Source: the human T2T-CHM13v2.0 reference genome, Homo sapiens
Strand: one strand, 5' to 3'
DNA length: 64,000 nucleotides
Assembly: GCF_009914755.1 (NCBI RefSeq)
Contig: NC_060934.1
Part shown: one piece after another, positions 55,410 to 64,000 of the stretch
Layout of the letters: every line of letters starts with the position of its first letter
Position numbering within the stretch: position 1 is the stretch's first letter
The notes under the pieces: model-generated
The model's database searches: none
What the model was told of the DNA's origin: nothing
Seen by the model: the letters and a program-made list of their open reading frames with translations, nothing else
Position numbers and translations under genes: made by a program

Positions 55410-55745
55410 GCCAGATGTGCTGGCTCACGCCTCTAATCCCAACACTTTGCAAGGCCGAGATGGGTGGATCACTTGAGTCCAAGAGTTTAAGACCAGCCTC
55501 GGAAACATGGTGAAACCCGATCCCTACTAAAAATACAAAAATTTAGCCAGGCATAGTGGTGCACATCTGTGGTCTTAGCTACTTGGGAGGTAGAGGTGGG
55601 GGGATGGCTTGAGCCTACGAGGCGGAGGTTGCAGTTAGCTGAGATCGAGATAATGCCACTGCACTCCAGCCTGGGTGACAGAGCGAGACTCTGTCTTGAA
55701 AAACAAAACAAACAACAACAACAACAACAACAACAAAAACAAACA
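55410..55745 (+). mobile_element. AluJ/S with (CAA)n tail
   Basis: Full dimer. Confidence 0.92.
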
Positions 55746-56623
55746 GAAGAAGACTCTGTAAGGCAGAGAGAAGACAGACTGGCTAGGGAACTTAAAACCC
55801 AGAAACAATAAGGCGATAGGATCCCTGGGCTTGTCTGACTCATATATCCCAGAACCTGGGGACCTAGGAATGCCCACAGGTGTGGGCAAAGAAAAAGCCC
55901 AATGACCTCTTATCTTCTCCAGCCAAAGGACCAGAGGCAGCCTAGTAAAACAGAAAATGCGTCAACGACAACTGCTCTAATCTAGACAAACACCACGGAA
56001 AAACCCATGGCCCTACCACAACCCACGCTGGCAAAGACTTACCCGGAAGCCTAGACTTCCACCCTTGCTAGAATGTAATGAGGCACCCAAGCCCCCTTGC
56101 TGGGTGGTATCAGAGTAGGCTTCTGGAGAGTTAGGTCTTTTACCATGACCCACATGTGCCAAGGACATCTCTCCTCCCGTGGCATGAGTGAAAGCCTTTT
56201 GAGGGGGAGTAGCCAGGCACTCTTACTTCTCCCAGCCAAGGTGGCATCAGTGAGGCCTGGTGAGGAGCCCAGCAACAGCACAGAGCCCCTTCCTTGTCAC
56301 AGTTTAGCAGAGACCAAGAGAAAAACCTGGACTTCTCTCATTTTGCAGTAATCAGGCCACTGCCCCTTTTTCATTCTCCCAGGTCTTTACCTATGAGAGC
56401 TATGTCAGAGACATAGCTATGACAGCTAAAACAAAAGGTTTAAATAAGACACAGAGTGTTGTAACATATTACCCAAGATGTCTAGTTTTCAGTTAAAAAA
56501 ACAGATAAATCTCTACTAAAATGAAAAAAAGTCAATAGACACCAACATCAACATGACAGATGTTAAAATTATCTAACATCTGTCTAAAGATATTTTAAAG
56601 CAGCCATCATAAAAATGCTTCAA

Positions 56624-56911
56624 GGCTGGTTGAAGTGCCAAATGCCTGTAATCCCAGCAATTCGGGAGGATGAGGCGGGCAGATCACTTGAGCCCAGGAG
56701 TTCGAGACCAGCCTGGGCAACATGGTGAAATTCCATCTCTGCAAAAAAAAAATATAAAAATTAGCCAGGCATTGTGGCATGTGCCTGTAGTCCCAGCTAC
56801 TCAGGATGAAGTGGGAGGATCACTTAGAAGAAGGTTGAGGCTACAGTAAGCTGTGGGCATGCCACTGCACTCCAGCCTGGGCGACAGAGCAAGACCCTGT
56901 CTCAAAAAAAA
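56624..56911 (+). mobile_element. AluJ
   Basis: Full dimer, J-type. Confidence 0.9.
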
Positions 56912-56987
56912 ATAGTTGCAATGTGCAATTATCAACATGCTTGGAAAAAATGAAAAGTAGGAAGGCTCAGCAAAGAAACTGAAGAGA

Positions 56988-57088
56988 GGCCAGGCATAGT
57001 GGTTCATGTACTTTGGGAGGCTGGGGTAGAAGGATCAGTTTAACCCAAGAGTTCGAGACCAGATTGTGCAACATGGACCACATCTCTA

Positions 57089-57122
<34 letters not shown>

Positions 57123-57295
57123 AATTAGCCAAGCATGTTGGCACATGCCTGTGGTCCCAGCTACTTGGAGGATGAGGTAAGAAGATCACTTGAGCCTGGG
57201 AGGTTGAGGCTGTAGCGAGCTGAAATCACGCCACTGCACTCCAGTCTGGGCAATAGAGTGAGACCCTGTCTCAAAAACAACACAAAAAACACAAA
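56988..57295 (+). mobile_element. AluJ with A31 linker
   Basis: Dimer with a pure A run at 57090-57120. Confidence 0.9.
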
Positions 57296-58058
57296 GAAAT
57301 TGAAGAGATAAAGAAGAACCCAATGGAGATTTTAGAACTGAAAAATATAATAATTGAAATAAAAACACAATGGATGGCTCAAGAGCAGAGTGAAGAGGGC
57401 AGAGGAAAGAATTGGTGAACTTGAAGTTAGAACGACAAATTACAGCAAATTTGAACATCACAGGGAAAATAGACTGAAAAAATAATGAACAGAACGTCAG
57501 GGATCTGTGGTATTCTACAGAAAGATCAAACATTCCTGTCATCAGAGCCTTTGGAAAGAGAAAAGAAAGAAAACAGGACTAAATGGCTTACCTTTCAAAT
57601 TTGGTAAATGGTTCCAAACAGGATAAACCTAAAGGAATGAAAGAAACCACCAAGACACCAAGACACATTATAGTCAAACTTCTGAAAATAAAAAGAAGCG
57701 AAAAATCTTGAAAGCAGAAAGCAGCAAGAGAGAAATGACACAGGATCTATAGGGGGAAAATAGTTTGAATAATAGTGGACTTCTCATTAGAAACCATGAA
57801 GGCCAGAAGGAAGTGATACAAATGAAAGTGCTAAATGGAAAGAGCAATCAATCCACAATCCGATATTCAGTGAAAGCAACCTTCACCAATGAAGGGGACC
57901 TTAAGAATTCTCACGAGAAAGAAAAGTAAGGGAAACTGTAGCCAAGAGAACTACCCTAAAGTAATAGCTAAATTGAGTTTTCCAAACAAAAAGGAAATGA
58001 TAAATGAAGGACCATGAAACATCAGGAAATAAAAAAGAATAACGGAAAGAGTAAAATG

Positions 58059-58392
58059 TAATCATGCATCTTTTAATGACAGGGATATGTTCTGAGAAAT
58101 GTGTCATTAGGCAAATTGGCCATTGCATGAGCATCATAGACTATACTTACACAAACCCAGTGGACTAGCCTACTACACGTCTGGGCTGTATGGTATAGCC
58201 TATTGCTCCTAGGCTACAAACATGTATAGCATGTCATTGTACTGGATACTGTAGGCAACTGTAACACAGTGAAAAAAATTCATTTATCACAACCTAGAAA
58301 AGATACAGTAAAAATATGGTATTATATTCTTACGGGACCATCATATATGCATTCCGTCACTGAGCAAAACATCATCTTGCAGCACATGACTG
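58059..58392 (+). mobile_element. Tigger3a/MER7A
   Basis: gttctgagaaatgtgtcattaggc...gcctattgctcctaggctacaaac...gcagcacatgactgta. Confidence 0.85.
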
Positions 58393-58589
58393 TATAATAC
58401 ATTTTCCTTGTCTTGGGTTTTCTAGAGTATATTTGAGTGTTGAAGTAAAAACTATAATAATGTCTTAAGTGCTTCTAAATCTACATGAAAGGAACATTTA
58501 AACCATTTATAAATAGGAGGTAATATTCTACGCTGTGGTCAAACTAGTAAAACGTTAACACCAGTAGATTGTGTAGTAGTTTCTTCTGC

Positions 58590-58810
58590 AGACTAATTTG
58601 TGCCCCCAAGAGTCTGACCTACGTGGATTATCCAAATGGACTCACTTCCTCTCTGGATTCTGGTTGACTTCAATCAACAGGGAGCACCAGCAGAATGCTG
58701 AAAATAGGAGAAAAACGGAGTGTGAGATCCAGGTATTTATTTTTCTGTTTTCCTCCCTGTGAGTAGACCAACAGCTTGCTACATCTTCTTATCCGAAATG
58801 TCTCAGAGTC
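58590..58810 (+). mobile_element. ERVL LTR fragment (LTR16/LTR41-like)
   Basis: ctgacctacgtggatt...cctctctggattctggttga...gcaccagcag...ggtatttatt. Confidence 0.5.
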
Positions 58811-59419
58811 ATTAGCTCAGTCAGCTGCATCTGTTTGGCAGAGAGGAAGAGAGGGTGAAGTTCATGTAGAGAAAGCTATAAAAGCCTTTACAAACATGAT
58901 AAAAACATACAAGGCCAATTTTGGAACTGGCGCAACACCCGGTTGTAAGGGATGCTGGGAAACAGTCTAAGCTATGACATCATTGCAATTTTTAGTCTGA
59001 TGTAAAATATGTGTTCCTTAATTCAAATTTATTTTGTATGCCTCAATAAAGTTTTGTACTCCACACACTCCCTCCTTTGGAACCCGCAGGAAGACTAGAT
59101 GGCACAAATTCTAGACTGCATGTGGGAACACACACCCCAGTCCCATCCCCTAATGACAATAAAAACCCAAGCCATTTTCAGATTAAACAGAGTGTCCACC
59201 CTGCTTTTCCTAGAAAGCTTCAATATGTAATAAATTACTTCATTATGTCTTGGTGTATGTGTGGCACCTCAGTCTCAGCCTCTCAACAACTTTTGGGTGG
59301 AGGATGGTGGGTCCTGTCCTCCATAGGGCAATCAGAAGACAGTCCATTTTCATATTACATTATTTACATTTTGTGTCATTAGGCACATGATTTGTAAGAA
59401 TTCTTCATGTATATTTTTT

Positions 59420-60400
59420 GCCACCCAAATTTGTGGATGGTCTTTTACATTGTCAATATCAAATTTGGAGTTATGGTTATTCTAGCTTCAGGAAATGAAC
59501 TGAGCGTTCTACTTTTTTCTATACCCTGGAATAGTCTGTTTACAATGGAAACTATTTATTTATTGAAGTTTGGTAGAACTCGAAGTGGAGATATTTGAGC
59601 CTGAACTTTTCCTTTGTGGAAAAATGTTTGATGATGGTCTCACCTTTTAAAATTCCTTCAGACTACTTATATTAAAATTGTGTATTTTAGTAAATTTATT
59701 CCAAGTAAGTTTTCATGTTTTTTGCATAAAATTGTCCATAATATCCAATTATTACCTTTTAAAATGTCTGCAGACTTACAATGTGATAGATTTGGGAGGA
59801 AAAAAAGTCTGCAGAATCCATAGTTATGTTTTCCTTTTTATTATTGTTATTGTTAATCTTTGCCTTATTTTTTCTTAAAAAACCTTACCAGGATTATGCA
59901 AATTTTGTTAGCCCTTTCAATGAACAACTTTATCTTTGTTAACCTTTCCTATTTTCCCTCTAGCCTCTATATCTTTTATCTTCTCTTTTATGTTTTTCAT
60001 CTCTTTGTGTCTCTGCACTGAATTCTGGATAATTTCTTCAAATATAACTTCCAACTTTCTATTTTTCTCTTTTGCTGTGTTTAATCTGTTGTTAAATCAT
60101 CCATATAATTTTAAATTTCAATTATTACATTTTTTCACTTCTATTTGGTTCTGTTTTAAATTCTGCTTGGACATTCCTTATAATTTCTTTTCAAGCTTGT
60201 ATTGCATAAATATACTTAATTTTTTTTCGTGGTCTCAATTTGATATTACAGTATCCAAAGTACTTCCAGATTTATTCTTGCTGTCTCTGATTTCTACCAT
60301 TTCTCTTCTGTGGAGGTGTTTCCATATGTGTTTGGCTATTTTTTTTTTACTGTAATCTCAATTTTTTTGGAACTTTCTTTTAAAGAATTATTTTAGGATG
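59420..60400 (-). mobile_element. Old L1M fragments
   Basis: T-rich; ttctggataatttcttcaaat...tccaactttcta...gctgtgtttaatctgttgttaaa. Confidence 0.65.
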
Positions 60401-60484
60401 AGATCAGGATTATAATTAAGAATATTTAACAATTCCTATGGTATGGGCACTATAAAATCAAAACAGATGCTATGCAGAGTTGTG

Positions 60485-60680
60485 TAACTGACATTGGAGA
60501 CTCAGAAGAGGAAGGCTGGGAGGAGGGTGAGGATGGAAAAGTTACCTATTGGGTACAAGTAACACTATTTGGGTGACAGGTACACTAAAAGCCCAGACTT
60601 TACCACTATACAATTCATCCATGTAACAAAACCATTTGTATGCCTAAATTATTGAAATTTAAAAGTAAAAATTAAAGTAA
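60485..60680 (+). mobile_element. L1PB/MA 3' end
   Basis: gacattggagactcagaag...acctattgggtacaa...cactaaaagcccagactttaccactatacaattcatccatgtaac. Confidence 0.85.
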
Positions 60681-61553
60681 TTGACTAAATTGATTAAAAA
60701 ATGAGACCTGAATACAAGCTAAATAACATGAGATAGAAATTACAAAACCATTCTGTGAAATTTTACAATTTAACTTGCATAACCTTAGATATATTTAAAT
60801 ATATGTCATGATTTCAGCACTTAATATTTAAAATACTTGTTCACAATCACTTTGGTTTCCAGGAAAAAAAATGTTTCTATTTGAATGTTTCTCTACACTA
60901 AACAAACTTTAGAGGTACTTAATACACGTCTATTAAATAAACTGATGAATTTGGGGAAAAAAAGATGCTAGTTTCAACAGGTTTATATTTAAAATGTTTA
61001 ACAACTGGTATAGCATGAATATTAAGCAATTTAAAGAGATACTGGCTCAATCAGAATCAACACCAGTTGTAAAAAGCTCATGTGAATGTACTGGTGTGTT
61101 CTGGATAAGCAACAGCATTTGCTGCAATGAAGGTAAATTCAGCTAGAGAGCATTTGCATTTGATTTTTCTGGGCATCTGGGGACACTTACTGTCCAGGAT
61201 CACTTTAAATTACATTTTTCCTTGAGATGTTTTGGAATCTAAACTCATGTGAATTTCATTTGTAAACTCTCCTAACGGCTACCTTTGGGGGCTAGACCCC
61301 ACTTCCCTAAGCTCTGCTTAGCACATGGTTTAAAATAAGTTTCTTCTTTTTGAAAATTTTTGCAGAGAATAGGTTTATTTCTGCTTTTCTTTTACAAGGG
61401 GACTCTTTGGGGACTTTCCTACAGTAAAGGAGGAAAGTCTCCTAGTAGACTTAGTGTGCTGGGTGGTTCTTAGGATTTGCAGGGAATAGGTTTATTTCTG
61501 GTTTTCTCTTATAAGGGGACACTTTGGTGTTCCAGCTTTAAAGGCGAAAAATC

Positions 61554-61886
<333 letters not shown>

Positions 61887-63120
61887 CTAAGTGGACCGTG
61901 GATTCTGACTCCTATGTCCTGTATCATTGGAGGCCTGGAAAATTGAAGTTCCTATTTATCTCAGGCAAAGGACCTGAGACAAAAGCCAGCTACAGAGAAG
62001 GGCCCCAGTAACCCCATAGACTTTATGGCCTGAGGATTTCTTACTTTCCTGAGAGCTCATCAATGAATTAAAGATATTTTTAAAAGCTTTATCCAGAATT
62101 GTTGATTGTTCGTAATCTGTGGGGAAACTGACCCAGGTATTTCTTCTTCCTATTATGGAACTGAAATTCCTATGTTAATATTTTATCTAAAGCAAAGCTG
62201 TTTAAACTATGTATGGATTGAACCTGGCACCATAACATTGTTTTGACAGGACCCAATCAACAAAATTAACTAGATGAAGCACATTAGTTTAAATATAATT
62301 TGGTATTTGGTGCAATAATGGCAAAAACAGAAAAATAAATTTCCTTAAAGGGCTTTATTTTCTAGGAAGGAAAATACAAAGTTTGTCTCTAAATTAGATG
62401 TAATTTTTAAAAACGTTGAGCAGTGTACATATGTGCTTGTGAAAATTGTAGGCATTGAGACAACAATACATCTTAAATGTAACAACATTGAAACATTGAA
62501 ACAACATATCTTAAAAGTAAATGATCATAGTTGGAATTGCTGCATTGATTATACCATTTTAAAAAGTTTCAGACATTGACTTTGAAGCTTATTGGTTCAT
62601 TCATTATGACATATGGGTAATTTGTAGATAATCAATGGAATTGTCATTAAGTCTCCCAAAAGATATAGTATTATATTCATAAGAGGTATAGAACCAATTC
62701 TCAAGAAAATCTATCACAGACATAAGGCTTCATTACATGCAGACTAAAGAGTGAACACTAAGCCGAAAGTGTCCAATAAAGTGTGAGCTCAAATGTCTTC
62801 AAACTAGAAATGTGAAGTCACTATTGCTATATTTTTCACAGTCAGTAGTAAGCAGTTTGATTCTAAAAGTACATTCTACCAGAAGAACTTGCCCCAGCCA
62901 ACACTGGGGAAACAGAATTAGCTCGGAACACAAAGGAATGTGAATGAAAGATAATCCTAGCTTTCCAATTTTGTGGGTAAATTACAACTCAGGAGAGAAT
63001 TAGAAGAATATGTGAATTATTTTGAGGGAAAAAAATTAAATTTACATTCATATTGAGAGGAATTTGAAGGAAGTAGCAACATAACTGCTTTGTTGTGTGC
63101 TCTGATTAAAAGAGAAAGCA

Positions 63121-63421
<301 letters not shown>

Positions 63422-63797
63422 CTAAATATGTTATTCCAACTTTTGGAAAAATTTTTATTTAATACAAATGTGCTCAGGGCAAGAGTCTATATACACAAAG
63501 TATTTATATGTATTATATATATAAATCTATATTATATATATATAATTTGATATATATCTATTTTATTCAAATCAAATGAGACATCTCGCTTTCTGACATA
63601 CAAGCATATGGTATGTAAATGTGATATGTACTTCCTAAAATAAAGAACTTTTTTATAAACCTCAATTTGGATGACTTGCATTGAGAAATGATATTTGATT
63701 AATATATTGTATGTAATTACTGCATTTGCTTTATTTTATATCCATGACACTTAATATGACTAACAAAGACATAGCACACAATATTGTCTTTTCGTAC

Positions 63798-63907
63798 AGT
63801 TGCTGTGAAATCACACTGATAGCTGATGATAGACCATTCATTCAGTTGTTTTGAAACATTTTTCTTGAAGCTCTTCGGTGGCTTAAGTTTTCCCCTGACT
63901 ACTGGTT
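63798..63907 (-). CDS. Candidate internal coding exon PVVRGKLKPPKSFKKNVSKQLNEWSIISYQCDFTAT
   Basis: Minus strand: tatttcacttaatcctattctag|AACCAG...GCAACT|gtacga. 110 nt, phase 1 to 0, and only one frame is open. The donor is weak. Confidence 0.3.
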
Positions 63908-64000
63908 CTAGAATAGGATTAAGTGAAATAGCCGGAATGTACCTCTCCATCTTCAGATTCAAGTGCATTTTTAAACACTTGCACTATGCCCATTTTTAAA

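Larger units (their letters stand above)
55310..58580 (+). mobile_element. L1M 5' region and ORF1, split by three Alus and Tigger3
   Basis: ggatggctcaagagcagagtg...gaattggtgaacttgaag; gacttctcattagaaaccatgaaggccagaagg. Confidence 0.78.

Noticed and set aside
63800-63860. Plus-strand acceptor ttgtcttttcgtacag|TTGCTG
   Set aside because: All frames close within 18 codons and there is no donor in the window. It cannot be excluded as a terminal or non-coding exon but has no other support.

Overview
This is primate genomic DNA, almost certainly human, because it carries an AluYa5-like insertion at 5479-5791. It is AT-rich intronic or intergenic sequence dominated by interspersed repeats: about 19 Alus, young L1PA and old L1M/HAL1 pieces, L2, MIR, MaLR/ERV LTRs and DNA-transposon fossils, often nested with visible target-site duplications (TSDs). 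I see no CpG island, RNA gene, CRISPR array or gene I can name. The long ORFs in the track are L1 ORF2 or Alu read-throughs. Several splice-bounded exon candidates occur in unique sequence; the best are 63798-63907 (-) and 21972-22097. They may belong to an unrecognised gene, lncRNA or decayed gene. The most interesting object is a ~1 kb non-repeat, A-tailed, protein-like insertion (53875-54840) that splits an ancient HAL1/L1 ORF1. I cannot match it to a cellular gene. Its reconstructed translation shows motif-order resemblance, by eye only, to filovirus/mononegavirus nucleoprotein, so it is a candidate endogenous non-retroviral RNA-virus element or an orphan retrocopy. Repeat calls come from remembered consensus sequences and their boundaries are approximate.
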